Of a DNA stretch of 32,000 nt, positions 1 through 9,899 are shown in pieces. Every line of letters begins with the position of its first letter. The stretch's first letter is position 1. The position numbers were made by a program, and so were the translations under genes. The DNA comes from Dubosiella newyorkensis (GTDB taxonomy: Bacteria; Bacillota_I; Bacilli_A; Erysipelotrichales; Erysipelotrichaceae), in assembly GCF_001945605.1 (NCBI RefSeq), contig NZ_MPKA01000044.1:1-32000 (forward strand). Reading direction: 5' to 3'. Below the pieces are notes generated by a model that was not told the DNA's origin, did no database searches, and saw only the letters and a list, made by a program, of their open reading frames with translations.

Positions 1-1
1 T

Positions 2-181
2 CCGCAGGAACGTTTTCACGGTCTTACTGCATCTGAAGTAAGAGAAGCTGCAAAAGCAACCGATGAACCGGTACTGTATCCAATCAAAGAGAATAAACGA
101 ATCAAAAAATACTGGGAAGGTATAGATGAAAAAAAGGCCTCTTTAATAGCAAGTGCTATTAAAGAGGCGGATCTCCAGTAA
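2..181 (+). CDS. 3' end of an unidentified protein-coding gene (last 59 codons; runs off the left edge)
   Basis: Open frame from position 2 to TAA at 179-181 (PQERFHGLTASEVREAAKATDEPVLYPIKENKRIKKYWEGIDEKKASLIASAIKEADLQ*). Convergent with the pur operon. No family recognised. Confidence 0.4.
   Translation, partial: PQERFHGLTASEVREAAKATDEPVLYPIKENKRIKKYWEGIDEKKASLIASAIKEADLQ
129..168 (-). terminator. Rho-independent terminator of the pur operon
   Basis: Perfect 14-bp inverted repeat gcctctttaatagc (137-150) / gctattaaagaggc (155-168) with a 4-nt loop. On the minus strand it is followed by T7 (A-run 129-135). It lies about 70 nt downstream of the purH stop and overlaps the 3' end of the convergent plus-strand CDS. 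Confidence 0.65.
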
Positions 182-239
182 ATTATTTCCCGTGTCTACT
201 TGACAGGGGGCTGATCACATTTACGATCCTGCCTTCATT

Positions 240-2351
240 CTAATGTTTAAAGTGACGAACACCCGTAAAGACCATCGCGATCCCGTTTTCATTACAAACA
301 TCGATCGACAATTGATCCTTGATCGAGCCACCCGGCTGAATGATCGCCGTAACACCCGCCTTGACAGCCTCTTCCACCGTATCTGGCATCGGGAAGAACG
401 CGTCGCTCGCCATGACAGAACCTTTCGCTTTATCGCCTGCCTGCTCGATCGCGATCTTGGCCGCCCCGACACGATTCATTTGACCAGCGCCAACTCCAAT
501 CGTCATATTATCCTTGACAAGAACGATCGCGTTGGACTTCACATGCTTCACCACATTCCAACCAAACAAAAGCTGCTTCATCTCCTCTTTGGTTGGCTTG
601 CGATTCGTTACACAACGAAGATCCTCTTCCTTGAGAGAATGCGTATCCATATCTTGAACCAGAAGACCATCATTGACATTCGTATACTTCAAAGCCGTAT
701 TCGCGTTAAGCGTCGTATCCAGCTCCATCAAACGAATATTTTTCTTCTTCGTCAAAATATCCAAAGCCTCTTGCTCGAACTTAGGCGCGATGACGATCTC
801 CAAAAAAATCTTAGAAAGCTTTTCGGCCAGCTCAACATCCACTGGCGCGTTCAAAGCCACGATCCCACCAAAAATCGAAACCGGATCCGCCTCATACGCT
901 TTATCCCAAGCCGCGTTGATCGACTCGCCAATTCCAACTCCACAAGGATTCATATGCTTCAATCCAACAGCCGCGAACTGCCCCTCGAAATCCTTCAAGA
1001 TCTCGATCGCCGCGTTTCCATCCTGAATATTATTGTAGGAAAGCTCCTTGCCATGAAGCTGCTTCGCGTTCGCCAAAGAATACTTCGGATTCATTCCCTT
1101 ATAGAAAGCCGCCTTTTGATGCGGATTCTCTCCATACCGAAGATCCTGCACCTTATCGAACGTGATCGTCAAACTCTCAGGGAACTGCTCGCCTACTTTC
1201 TTCGTCAAATAATCCGCGATCATCGCATCATAGCGCGCCGTATGACGGAACACTTTCGCCGCTAGACGCTCCCGAGTCTCTAAACGAGTTTCTCCAAATT
1301 CACGAAGCTCATCCAACACCAGATCATAATCCTTCGGATCACACAATACCGGAATCGATTGATAGTTCTTCGAAGCCGAACGCAACATGCTAGGACCACC
1401 AATATCAATATTCTCAATGATCTCGGCATGCGATACACCCTCTTTTTGCACCGTCTCCTTGAACGGATACAAATTCACGCACACAAGATCAATAAAATCG
1501 ATCCCGAGCTCTTCGATCTGCTTACAATGATCCGGATTGTCGCGAACACACAACAGCGCTCCATGCACATTCGGATGCAACGTCTTCACACGCCCATCCA
1601 TGATTTCCGGAAAATTCGTGATCTCGCTGATCCCGATCACCGAAAGACCCGCATCCTCCAAAGCACGCTTCGTTCCGCCCGTCGAAATGATCTCATAACC
1701 AAGATCGATCAACCCCGAAACAAAAGGCACCAAATTCTCTTTATTCGAAACACTCACCAACGCTCTTTTCATTCGCTTTCCCTCCATAGACTCTGCCACT
1801 TTTTTGATCACTTGCCAAAACAATTCATACTCCAACGCATGCACATGACTTTCCAACGTCTCTAGATCCCAATTTGGATCGATCTGTAAACGACGCTGCT
1901 CGATGATCGGACCACTATCGACCCCTTCATCCACAAAATGCACCGTAACACCCGTCTGAGAAACCTTCGCCATATACGCGTCCTGAATACTATGCGCCCC
2001 AGGAAACTCCGGCAAATACGCCGGATGCAGATTCATGATCTTATTCGGATACGCCTCCAACAAAACTGGCCCAATAAAACGCATATAGCCGCTCAAAACG
2101 ATCAGATCCACATTTAAATCATTTAAGACCTCTAAGATCGCCCTCTCATACTCCGCCTTGTTCTTATACGCCTTCGGATCAAAATAAAACTCCGGAATAA
2201 AGTGATTTCTCGCCCGCTCACGAGCGAACGCCTTCTCTTTATCAACAATCAAACACGAAACATGAACAGGCAACGAGCCATCCTCGACATGCTTGAGTAT
2301 CTCTTCAAAATTCGTGCCCGATCCGCTCGCGAAAATCGCCACATTTACCAT
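240..2351 (-). CDS. purH: In-frame fusion of phosphoribosylglycinamide formyltransferase (PurN, N-terminal ~193 aa) with AICAR transformylase/IMP cyclohydrolase (PurH, ~510 aa)
   Basis: 703-aa ORF. The N-terminus ([19 protein letters not shown]...[12 protein letters not shown]...VDSGPII) carries the PurN N/H/D motifs. From the internal [14 protein letters not shown]...STGGT...DGRVKTLHP it reads as typical PurH. No stop codon separates the two parts. Confidence 0.9.
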   Translation of the reverse strand: MVNVAIFASGSGTNFEEILKHVEDGSLPVHVSCLIVDKEKAFARERARNHFIPEFYFDPKAYKNKAEYERAILEVLNDLNVDLIVLSGYMRFIGPVLLEAYPNKIMNLHPAYLPEFPGAHSIQDAYMAKVSQTGVTVHFVDEGVDSGPIIEQRRLQIDPNWDLETLESHVHALEYELFWQVIKKVAESMEGKRMKRALVSVSNKENLVPFVSGLIDLGYEIISTGGTKRALEDAGLSVIGISEITNFPEIMDGRVKTLHPNVHGALLCVRDNPDHCKQIEELGIDFIDLVCVNLYPFKETVQKEGVSHAEIIENIDIGGPSMLRSASKNYQSIPVLCDPKDYDLVLDELREFGETRLETRERLAAKVFRHTARYDAMIADYLTKKVGEQFPESLTITFDKVQDLRYGENPHQKAAFYKGMNPKYSLANAKQLHGKELSYNNIQDGNAAIEILKDFEGQFAAVGLKHMNPCGVGIGESINAAWDKAYEADPVSIFGGIVALNAPVDVELAEKLSKIFLEIVIAPKFEQEALDILTKKKNIRLMELDTTLNANTALKYTNVNDGLLVQDMDTHSLKEEDLRCVTNRKPTKEEMKQLLFGWNVVKHVKSNAIVLVKDNMTIGVGAGQMNRVGAAKIAIEQAGDKAKGSVMASDAFFPMPDTVEEAVKAGVTAIIQPGGSIKDQLSIDVCNENGIAMVFTGVRHFKH

Positions 2352-3376
2352 GTAAGCTCGACCTTTCCAGAATCACTCACATGACCGATCACATACGAAG
2401 GCTCATCGATCTCTTCCAACAAAGAACGGACACGATCCACCTCGCTAGGATCGACCGCTAAAATAAAGCCGATCCCCATATTGAAGACGTTATACATCTC
2501 TTCTTTCTCGATCTTTCCATATGTCTGGATAAAATCAAAGATCTGAGGATGCGGGAAAGATGTCGTATCGATCACGACACCCATGCCCTCCTTCAACATC
2601 CGAGGCACGTTTTCATAAAAACCGCCCCCCGTGATATGCGCCATCGCATGCAGATCCACCTTCCCGAACAAATGCTTGATCGCCTTGACATAAATCTTCG
2701 TTGGCTCTAAAAGCACATCCCCAAGACGACGAGAAGACAACTCTTCAAAATGCGTGTACGGATCCAAATGATTATCCTTGAACAACGCCTTGCGCACTAA
2801 AGAAAAACCATTCGAATGTACACCCGAAGAAGGAAGACCGATCAAAACATCTTCCACCTTCAAATTTCTAGAATCTAACAATTTATCCTTATCCACAGCC
2901 CCTACGCAGAAGCCAGCCAAATCATAATGATCCTCAGAATACATATCCGGCATCTCCGCCGTCTCGCCACCAATCAAAGCGCACTCGCTTTGCACGCAAC
3001 CATCCGCAACACCCTTTACGATCTGCTCGATGACTTCCGGCCTATTTTTTCCTACCGCAATATAATCCAAGAAAAAGATCGGAGAAGCGCCTTGCACAAG
3101 CACATCATTCACACACATCGCCACCGCATCGATCCCGATCGTATCATGCTTATCCATCGCGAAAGCCAGCATGAGCTTCGTTCCCACGCCATCCGTTCCC
3201 GAAACAAGAACAGGCTCCTTCAAACCAAAAACGCTCAAATCGAACATTCCCCCAAAAGCACCTAAAGAATCGATCGCGCCCTTTACTTTCGTGCGGGCCA
3301 CATGCGATTTGATCCGACGAACCGATTCATACCCGGCCTCGAGATCAACTCCTGCTTCTTTATATTTTTCTGCCAC
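2345..3376 (-). CDS. purM: Phosphoribosylformylglycinamidine cyclo-ligase (AIR synthetase)
   Basis: 343 aa. [16 protein letters not shown]...GTDGVGTKL...GGETAEMP motifs. The stop overlaps the purN start by 7 nt. Confidence 0.95.
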   Translation of the reverse strand: MAEKYKEAGVDLEAGYESVRRIKSHVARTKVKGAIDSLGAFGGMFDLSVFGLKEPVLVSGTDGVGTKLMLAFAMDKHDTIGIDAVAMCVNDVLVQGASPIFFLDYIAVGKNRPEVIEQIVKGVADGCVQSECALIGGETAEMPDMYSEDHYDLAGFCVGAVDKDKLLDSRNLKVEDVLIGLPSSGVHSNGFSLVRKALFKDNHLDPYTHFEELSSRRLGDVLLEPTKIYVKAIKHLFGKVDLHAMAHITGGGFYENVPRMLKEGMGVVIDTTSFPHPQIFDFIQTYGKIEKEEMYNVFNMGIGFILAVDPSEVDRVRSLLEEIDEPSYVIGHVSDSGKVELTW

Positions 3377-4709
3377 AATGCTCCCTCTCTTTCCTCATAC
3401 ACGCTTGGCAACAATCCATCGGAAGACACGCGTCAAATTCCTCCAACTCTAAAAACCGAACCGAATCCACATTGAGCCATTTCGCCAATTCATCATCCGA
3501 ATAGACATTGGCAGCCAATTCATCATGATCCGCCTCTTCAAAACCATACCAGCACTCCGAAACGATCCGCGGAGAAGCGATCCGCAAATGGACCTCCTTC
3601 GCTCCCGCTTCCTTTAAAAGCTGACATAAACGCTTCGCCGTGAAACCCTTGATCAAAGAATCATCCACCAAGTACACGCGCTTGCCCTTCACGATCGAAG
3701 ACACCGCGTTAAAACGCGTCTTGATCCCCTGCATCCGCTGCACAGACGAAGGATAAATATACGTCGAACCAATATAACGATTCTTGACCAAACCAATCTC
3801 GTAAGGCTTTTTCAAAACCGAAGCGAACGCCATCGCGGCGCTTGTCGCCGTATCGGGAGCCGCCACGACAAGATCCGCGTCCACCCTCTCTTGTCTAGCC
3901 AACATCGCTCCCGTTTTTTTACGAACCGTATGCACGCTCACATTCTCGAACAAACTATCCATACGCGCATAGTAGACAAATTCCATCGCACATAAGCGTT
4001 CCTGCGCCCGATCGTTCAAGAAAAACGATCGCACATCTTCCTTCCCGAACCGAATGAGCTCGCCCGCCTCTAAAGAGCGGAACTCTTCTACATCGAACAT
4101 CGAAAACGCGCTCGTCTCCGAAGCCAGTAAATATCCACCCTTATACGAGGCAAGAAAGAGAGGATGGATCCCATCGCTCGAACGATACGCATACATCGTA
4201 TTCTTCGTCATCAACAAAAACGTATAAGAACCGACCAACCGCTTCGTCGCCGATAAGATCTTCTCAAACAAATGCCCATGATTGAACTGAATCAAATGCG
4301 CGATGAGCTCCGCGTCGCTGTTGCCCTGAAAGATCAAGCCATCCGCTTCCATTTCCTCCTGCAGCTCTCTTGCATTCAAGATCGAACCCGAAACCACGAT
4401 CGCAAAATGTCCTTGATGGGCACGCACCATGATCGGCTGCAAATTCTCAAGCGCCTCATCGAGATACATCGACATTCGAACATGACCTACCGCGCTGATC
4501 CCGGTGTTTTTCGACAACACATCTTCCTTGAACACTTCCGCCAGCAAGCCATGATTTTTCTCCACCATCACATGAGAACCATCCGCGATCGCCATACCAC
4601 AACCATCCTGGCCCAAATGCTGTAAAGAATGCATCATATAATATAAGATCCGCTCGCTTTGTTCGGCATGAAACACACCCGCGATCCCAGAAAGTGACTG
4701 CTTATTCAT
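3360..4709 (-). CDS. purF: Amidophosphoribosyltransferase-like protein (PurF family, divergent glutaminase site)
   Basis: Gapless similarity to Bacillus-type PurF (YY..HSLQH.GQ.G.G, GHVR, SD.E..AHLI, VDDS, NRY.G, Fe-S Cys residues). I chose the ATG at 4707-4709, which forms an ATGAATAA overlap with the purL stop. The ORF stays open to an upstream ATG at 4736. Confidence 0.85.
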   Translation of the reverse strand: MNKQSLSGIAGVFHAEQSERILYYMMHSLQHLGQDGCGMAIADGSHVMVEKNHGLLAEVFKEDVLSKNTGISAVGHVRMSMYLDEALENLQPIMVRAHQGHFAIVVSGSILNARELQEEMEADGLIFQGNSDAELIAHLIQFNHGHLFEKILSATKRLVGSYTFLLMTKNTMYAYRSSDGIHPLFLASYKGGYLLASETSAFSMFDVEEFRSLEAGELIRFGKEDVRSFFLNDRAQERLCAMEFVYYARMDSLFENVSVHTVRKKTGAMLARQERVDADLVVAAPDTATSAAMAFASVLKKPYEIGLVKNRYIGSTYIYPSSVQRMQGIKTRFNAVSSIVKGKRVYLVDDSLIKGFTAKRLCQLLKEAGAKEVHLRIASPRIVSECWYGFEEADHDELAANVYSDDELAKWLNVDSVRFLELEEFDACLPMDCCQACMRKEREHCGRKI

Positions 4710-7700
4710 GCGTAAAGAACCGGATTCCATTTTCAAAAATATTCTGATCCTTATTCCCGGAAATATTTTGGAACAAGTTCTCCTCGTAACGTTCGCTATG
4801 TCCCATCTTTCCTAGAATATGACCATCCTCGCTCATGATCCCCTCGATCGCCATCGAAGAACCATTGATATTATCTAAACCATTCATCGTCGGAACGCCC
4901 TCCTCATTCACATACTGGAACGCGATCTGTCCATTGGCCACCAAAGCATCCAGCACCTCAGAAGAAGCTACGAACTTTCCTTCGCCATGCGACATCGCGA
5001 TCGAATGCATCTCGCCAGGCTTAAAAGAAGAAAGCCAAGGCGAACCATTCGAACTCACTCTCGTGCGCGCGATATGCGAAACGTGACGATTGATATCGTT
5101 CCTGAACAAAGTCGGTGAATCTTGACTAAGCGAATGCACATCTCCATACGGCAAAAGTCCCGACTTGATCAACGCCTGGAATCCATTACAGATCCCCAAG
5201 ATCAAGCCATCGCCAGCCCGCATTTCTTGAATCGCCGCGTCGATCTTTGGATTTTGCAGCACACTCGCGATAAATTTACCCGAACCATCCGGCTCGTCGC
5301 CTGAACTAAAACCGCCCACCAACATCAAGATCTGAGAGGAAGCGATCTCTTTTGCCAACGTATCGATACTTTGCTTCGTGGACTCGACGCTCAAATTGTT
5401 GAAGACGACCATTTTCACTTCGCCCCCGGCCCGCTCGAATTTCGCCGCGCAATCATACTCGCAATTTTGACCTGGGAAGATCGGGATCACAACTTTTGGC
5501 TTCTCGACTTTCTCTTTCGAATACGTCCGCTCTTTTTCACACAACGGAATATCGACCGTGCTCTCTTCCGTGGCATTGACGATTCGTGGATAAAGAGTGT
5601 GATATCTCTTCTCCCATAGCTCGATCGCCTCATCCAACGACAAGCGCTCCCCATTAAAATCAAGCCTATTCGAGGAATTCGTCGAACCGATCCGGATCAA
5701 ACGTGGATCGTCGATCTCTTCGTTGGCTTCGATCACGATCGAACCATACATTGGATCGTATAGCGCAAGATCTGTATCCAATACGACACCGATCTTGTTT
5801 CCAAAAGCCATCTTAGCCACAACTGCTCCAATGCCGCCTTCCTGCACCGATTTCGAAGCTGCGATCTTGCCCTCTTTCATCCAGCCAAGAAGAGAATCAA
5901 AATTGTTTTTTAATTGCTCATAGTCCGGAAGATCCTTTTCCTTTGGCGTATGTTTGAGCACATATAATGGATGATCGGCCTCTTTCAAACTTGCCGAAAC
6001 GATTTGATCCACTTTCGCCGTATTGATCGCGAACGTGATCAGAGTTGGAGGCACATGAATGTCCTTGAACGTACCCGACATACTATCTTTACCACCGATC
6101 GAAGGCGTTTCAAACGCGAGCTGCGCCTCGATCAAGCCTAACAGCGCCTGCAGCGGAGCTCCCCATTTTTGAGGATCGTTTCCCAAACGCTCAAAATACT
6201 CTTGGTTGCTCAAACGAGCCCCTTTATAATCCACGCCCATCGCGACAAGTTTCGCCAACGCTTCCACCAACGAATAGGCGGCTCCTAAATAAGGAGAATA
6301 CGTGCTGATTTTTGGATCATAGCCATAACTCATCGCCGAACACGTGTTCGTCATCCCAAACACAGGCAGCTTTTGAACCGAACCTTCTTCTGGCGTCAAT
6401 TGATATTTGCCTCCAAAAGGCATGAGCACCGTGCTCTTGCCAATCGAAGCGTCAAACATTTCCGCTAGACCGATCTGCGAAGCCACATTGGCATCTTGCA
6501 GCACGTCTTTAAGCGAAGAATACGAAGAATGGAAAGGATCTTGAACCTCTGGCTCGCTTTTGACATCGACCTTTTGATGCGCGCGCACCCCATTCGTATT
6601 CAAAAAATCACGCGAAAGATCGACGATCGCCTTGCCATTCCACTTCATGATCAAACGATTGGAATCTGTCACTTTCGCGACCACGATACCGCTCAAATTT
6701 TCTTTGCGACACTCTTCCAAGAACGCATCCAGATCCTTTGGATCGATACATACCGCCATTCTTTCTTGAGATTCCGAGATGGCCAATTCCGTTCCATCAA
6801 GACCTTCGTATTTTACAGGAACGACATTCAAGTCGATCTCTAAGCCATCCGCCAATTCGCCGACCGCCACGCTCACGCCGCCAGCGCCAAAATCATTCGC
6901 CTTTTTGATGAGCTTGGTCGCCTCTGGATTACGGAAAAGACGCTGCAGCTTTCTTTCGATCAACGCGTTTCCTTTCTGAACTTCGGAACTACATTTTTCA
7001 AGCGAAGTGTCATTGTGCTCTTTGCTCGAACCCGTGGCGCCGCCAATACCATCCCGGCCTGTAGCACCGCCGATCAACACGATCACATCGCCTGGTTGCG
7101 GCTGTTCGCGTTTGACATTGGATTTTGGAGCGGCCCCTACAACCGCGCCGACCTCCATGCGTTTTGCGGTATAGCCTTCATCGTAGATCTCTTCCACGAA
7201 GGTGGTCGCTAGCCCGATCTGGTTGCCATACGAAGAATAGCCATGCGCCGCCTGTTTGCTGATCTTCGATTGCGGCAGCTTATGCTCCAATGTTTGCGCG
7301 ATCGGCTTAGTGATATCCCCCGCACCGCTCACACGCATCGCTTGATAGACATAGCTGCGCCCAGAGAGCGGATCGCGGATCGCGCCTCCAATACAAGTGC
7401 TCGCTCCTCCGAATGGCTCGATTTCCGTAGGGTGGTTATGCGTCTCATTTTTGAACATCAATAAATAGTCTTCGTCTTTTCCATCGACATCGACTTTGAT
7501 TTCAATGGAGCAAGCATTGATCTCATCGCTCACTTCAAGATCGTCGAGCTTGCCTTCTTTTCTTAATTTTTTGCCCGCGATCGTCGCCATATCCATGAGC
7601 GTCGATGGTTTGCGGTTTTGGTGTACATCTTCACGAAGCTTCAAATACGTTTCATACGCGTTTTGAATTTGTTCTTGGAATTGACCCTTTTCGAATCGGA

Positions 7701-8394
7701 CATCCTCGAGCACCGTTTCAAACGTCGTGTGCCGGCAATGATCCGACCAATATGTGTCGAGCACACGGATCTCGCTCATGCTCGGATCCCGATGCTCTTC
7801 GTTTTTAAAGTAGTCTTGAATAAAAGCGAGATCTTTTAACGACATCGCAAGCCCTAGCGTTTCAAGAAGATTAGAAAGTGCCTCGATATCCATCGAGCAA
7901 AATCCTTCGATCACAGGCACATCTTCGATCTGAATATCTTGATCGTCCTCCAAAATCGATAGATCTTTTTTGCGCGCTTCGACCGGATTGATCATATAGT
8001 GTTCGATTTGTTCGATTTGTTCCTTCGTGACATTTTCGAACACGAGCAACGTTCCTGAATGGATCCGGACGCTTTGCTTATTGTTGAGGAGCATCAAGCA
8101 CTGCATCGCGCTATCCGCTCGTTGATCGTATTGACCAGGCAAGAATTCATACGCGATATACGTTTTTCCTTCTAGATCGAGCGTATCGAACACTTTATCC
8201 GTTACGACTTCCGAGAGCACTCTTTCTTTTAAAAGCGAAAGATCGTTTTCATCGGCGTTGAAGACGTCATAAATGTTGTATTTCGCGACTTGAAAAGAAG
8301 GCTGTAAGCCTAAAGAGCTGATCAATTCGTCGCGAAGCGATTCGCTTTCGACTTGGAATCGATCTTTCTTCTGCACAAATATTCTTTGATCCAT
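4702..8394 (-). CDS. purL: Phosphoribosylformylglycinamidine synthase, large single-chain type (PurS-like N-terminus + synthetase + PurQ-like glutaminase)
   Basis: 1230-aa ORF. Contains ETHNHPTEIEPFGGA, the DFGAGG repeat of the AIRS-like domains, and a C-terminal GICNGFQAL...SHGEGKF glutaminase triad region. Confidence 0.95.
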   Translation of the reverse strand: MDQRIFVQKKDRFQVESESLRDELISSLGLQPSFQVAKYNIYDVFNADENDLSLLKERVLSEVVTDKVFDTLDLEGKTYIAYEFLPGQYDQRADSAMQCLMLLNNKQSVRIHSGTLLVFENVTKEQIEQIEHYMINPVEARKKDLSILEDDQDIQIEDVPVIEGFCSMDIEALSNLLETLGLAMSLKDLAFIQDYFKNEEHRDPSMSEIRVLDTYWSDHCRHTTFETVLEDVRFEKGQFQEQIQNAYETYLKLREDVHQNRKPSTLMDMATIAGKKLRKEGKLDDLEVSDEINACSIEIKVDVDGKDEDYLLMFKNETHNHPTEIEPFGGASTCIGGAIRDPLSGRSYVYQAMRVSGAGDITKPIAQTLEHKLPQSKISKQAAHGYSSYGNQIGLATTFVEEIYDEGYTAKRMEVGAVVGAAPKSNVKREQPQPGDVIVLIGGATGRDGIGGATGSSKEHNDTSLEKCSSEVQKGNALIERKLQRLFRNPEATKLIKKANDFGAGGVSVAVGELADGLEIDLNVVPVKYEGLDGTELAISESQERMAVCIDPKDLDAFLEECRKENLSGIVVAKVTDSNRLIMKWNGKAIVDLSRDFLNTNGVRAHQKVDVKSEPEVQDPFHSSYSSLKDVLQDANVASQIGLAEMFDASIGKSTVLMPFGGKYQLTPEEGSVQKLPVFGMTNTCSAMSYGYDPKISTYSPYLGAAYSLVEALAKLVAMGVDYKGARLSNQEYFERLGNDPQKWGAPLQALLGLIEAQLAFETPSIGGKDSMSGTFKDIHVPPTLITFAINTAKVDQIVSASLKEADHPLYVLKHTPKEKDLPDYEQLKNNFDSLLGWMKEGKIAASKSVQEGGIGAVVAKMAFGNKIGVVLDTDLALYDPMYGSIVIEANEEIDDPRLIRIGSTNSSNRLDFNGERLSLDEAIELWEKRYHTLYPRIVNATEESTVDIPLCEKERTYSKEKVEKPKVVIPIFPGQNCEYDCAAKFERAGGEVKMVVFNNLSVESTKQSIDTLAKEIASSQILMLVGGFSSGDEPDGSGKFIASVLQNPKIDAAIQEMRAGDGLILGICNGFQALIKSGLLPYGDVHSLSQDSPTLFRNDINRHVSHIARTRVSSNGSPWLSSFKPGEMHSIAMSHGEGKFVASSEVLDALVANGQIAFQYVNEEGVPTMNGLDNINGSSMAIEGIMSEDGHILGKMGHSERYEENLFQNISGNKDQNIFENGIRFFTHE

Positions 8395-8418
8395 ACAATT
8401 CCTTTCCTCTATTCTTCT

Positions 8419-8907
8419 TTATTCATAGATCGAATCTGCCAACACTTTTTTGGCTTGTTCCTGCTTGAAGACTTTGACCTTTTCTTGGATGGCTGGATCC
8501 TGCAAACCGATCATTTGACACGCTAAGATCGCCGCGTTCTTGGCGCCCGCCTTTCCGATCGCCACTGTGGCCACCGGCACGCCCGAAGGCATCTGCACCG
8601 TTGAAAGAAGCGAATCCATACCGCCTAAGGCACTTGTCTGCATCGGGATCCCGATCACAGGAAGCACGGTGGAGCTGGCAAGCACGCCAGCTAAATGGGC
8701 GGCTCCTCCAGCTGCTGCGATAATGACTTGGATTCCTTGGCTTTGCGCTTCTTTGGAAAGCTCGAGAACCGCCTCGGGTGTTCGATGCGCGCTCAAGATC
8801 CGAACGAGATAAGGAACTTGAAACGCGTCCAGCTGTTCCATGCACCCTTCCATCGCGGGCAGATCGGAACGTGAGCCCATCATAATCAATACTTTTGCTT
8901 GTTTCAT
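8419..8907 (-). CDS. purE: 5-(carboxyamino)imidazole ribonucleotide mutase / AIR carboxylase catalytic subunit
   Basis: 162 aa. MGSRSDLP...SAHRTP...AAAGGAAHLAGV...PVIGIP motifs. SD GAAAGGAAGG lies upstream. Confidence 0.95.
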   Translation of the reverse strand: MKQAKVLIMMGSRSDLPAMEGCMEQLDAFQVPYLVRILSAHRTPEAVLELSKEAQSQGIQVIIAAAGGAAHLAGVLASSTVLPVIGIPMQTSALGGMDSLLSTVQMPSGVPVATVAIGKAGAKNAAILACQMIGLQDPAIQEKVKVFKQEQAKKVLADSIYE

Positions 8908-8930
8908 CTAAGAGATACCTTCCTTTCATG

Positions 8931-8957
8931 AAAAAAAGCGCACCTTTTGGGCACGCT
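8931..8957 (-). terminator. Strand-specific intrinsic terminator between rsmI and purE (possible pur-operon attenuator)
   Basis: Minus-strand RNA AAGCGUGCCC-AAAA-GGUGCGC followed by U7 (8931-8937). The stem needs two G-U pairs, so it forms only in the minus-strand transcript. It ends 23 nt before the purE ATG. Confidence 0.6.
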
Positions 8958-8972
8958 TAAAAAAACCTCTTC

Positions 8973-9001
8973 ATTTTTACTAGTTGTTTAAATCTTGTTA
9001 A
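8973..9001 (-). promoter_or_regulatory. Candidate sigma-A promoter for the pur operon
   Basis: Minus strand TTAACA (8996-9001), a 16-17 nt spacer, then TAAAAAT (8973-8979). It lies upstream of the terminator hairpin. Confidence 0.3.
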
Positions 9002-9041
9002 GACCATAATCAAGACCTCCGACAACGTCTGCTCCATCATT

Positions 9042-9899
9042 TTACATGAATTTACCATTTTTTACAATATATTGATAGAGTTCATTTTTTGAGACGTTCA
9101 AATCGGAAGCCGTTTGCTGGACCGCCTTTTTCATTGACAATCCATCTTCCATATATCGATGGACAAATTCAGCCGCGTCTTCGATCGAAATTTGATTCTC
9201 CTCTTTCTTAGCGCCCGAGACCACGAGCACCATCTCCCCTTTTAAAGTCGAACAAACCTCTAAGATCTCCGAGATCGTTCCCCGCAAGTATTCTTCATGC
9301 AGTTTGCTGATCTCACGCGCCAAGACGATCTTGCGATCTCCAAAGACAGAAAGCAAATCTTTCAAACACGCCTCGATGCGATGAGGCGCTTCGTAAAACA
9401 AAATCGTATAAGGAAAGGAGGCGAGCTCTTCGAGCTCTTGGATCCTTTTTTTCGATTTCGCGTCTAAAAATCCATAAAACAAATAGTGCTTCGTTTCAAG
9501 ACCGCTCGCCACAAGCGCATCCAACGCGGCGTTTGGTCCTGAAATCGAAATCACCGGAATATCTTGTTCGATGCTTTGTTTCACGAGATAAGATCCTGGA
9601 TCCGAAATGAGCGGATAGCCCGCATCCGAAACGATCGCCACGCTTTGTCCTTCCTTGATCTTATCGAGGATCTTGGAAATGCTTTGATCTTGGTTATGTT
9701 CATGATGAGAGAGCAGCGGCTTTTTGATATCAAAGTGTTTTAAGAGCTTTCCGGTATTGCGCGTGTCTTCACAAGCGATCACATCCACGCTTTTCAATAT
9801 TTCAAGCGCTCTTTCGCTCATCTCTTGCAAATTTCCGATCGGCGTAGGAACGAGATAGATCGAAGGCTCTTCCTGCTCAAAGCTTTTTTGTCTTTTCAT
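9042..9899 (-). CDS. rsmI: 16S rRNA (cytidine1402-2'-O)-methyltransferase
   Basis: LYLVPTPIGNLQEMSERALEILKSVDVIACEDTRNTGKLLKHF motif. Start set at the ATG at 9897-9899, which has SD GGGGAG. The ORF is open further upstream to 9965, but that would overlap ricT by 89 nt. Confidence 0.9.
   Translation of the reverse strand: MKRQKSFEQEEPSIYLVPTPIGNLQEMSERALEILKSVDVIACEDTRNTGKLLKHFDIKKPLLSHHEHNQDQSISKILDKIKEGQSVAIVSDAGYPLISDPGSYLVKQSIEQDIPVISISGPNAALDALVASGLETKHYLFYGFLDAKSKKRIQELEELASFPYTILFYEAPHRIEACLKDLLSVFGDRKIVLAREISKLHEEYLRGTISEILEVCSTLKGEMVLVVSGAKKEENQISIEDAAEFVHRYMEDGLSMKKAVQQTASDLNVSKNELYQYIVKNGKFM

Noticed and set aside
243-1265. Long antisense ORFs opposite real genes (243-1265, 1359-1865, 4272-4625, 6496-6843, 20229-20618 and many others in the ORF track)
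   Set aside because: They have Arg/Ser/Leu/Ile-rich, low-complexity translations with no recognisable motifs. They lie entirely inside well-supported genes on the other strand. They are shadow ORFs typical of biased codon usage.
4710-4736. Longer PurF start (MKMESGSLR...)
   Set aside because: It would overlap purL by 35 nt. The downstream ATG gives the classic ATGAATAA stop/start coupling and a propeptide length like that of Bacillus PurF. I cannot exclude the longer start without data.
8423-8929. 168-codon same-strand alternative frame spanning the whole of purE and starting right after the terminator T-run
   Set aside because: The translation is Arg/Ser/Gly-rich with no domain features, and the purE frame has all canonical motifs and a proper SD. 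An open off-frame in a GC-richer gene is expected by chance.
8908-9041. Purine or ZTP riboswitch, or PurR PurBox, upstream of purE
   Set aside because: The leader is too short (about 60 nt). It lacks the purine-riboswitch junction sequences, the ZTP pfl core (GGGUCGUGACUGGCG / CCGCCUGGGCA) and any CCGAAC PurBox.
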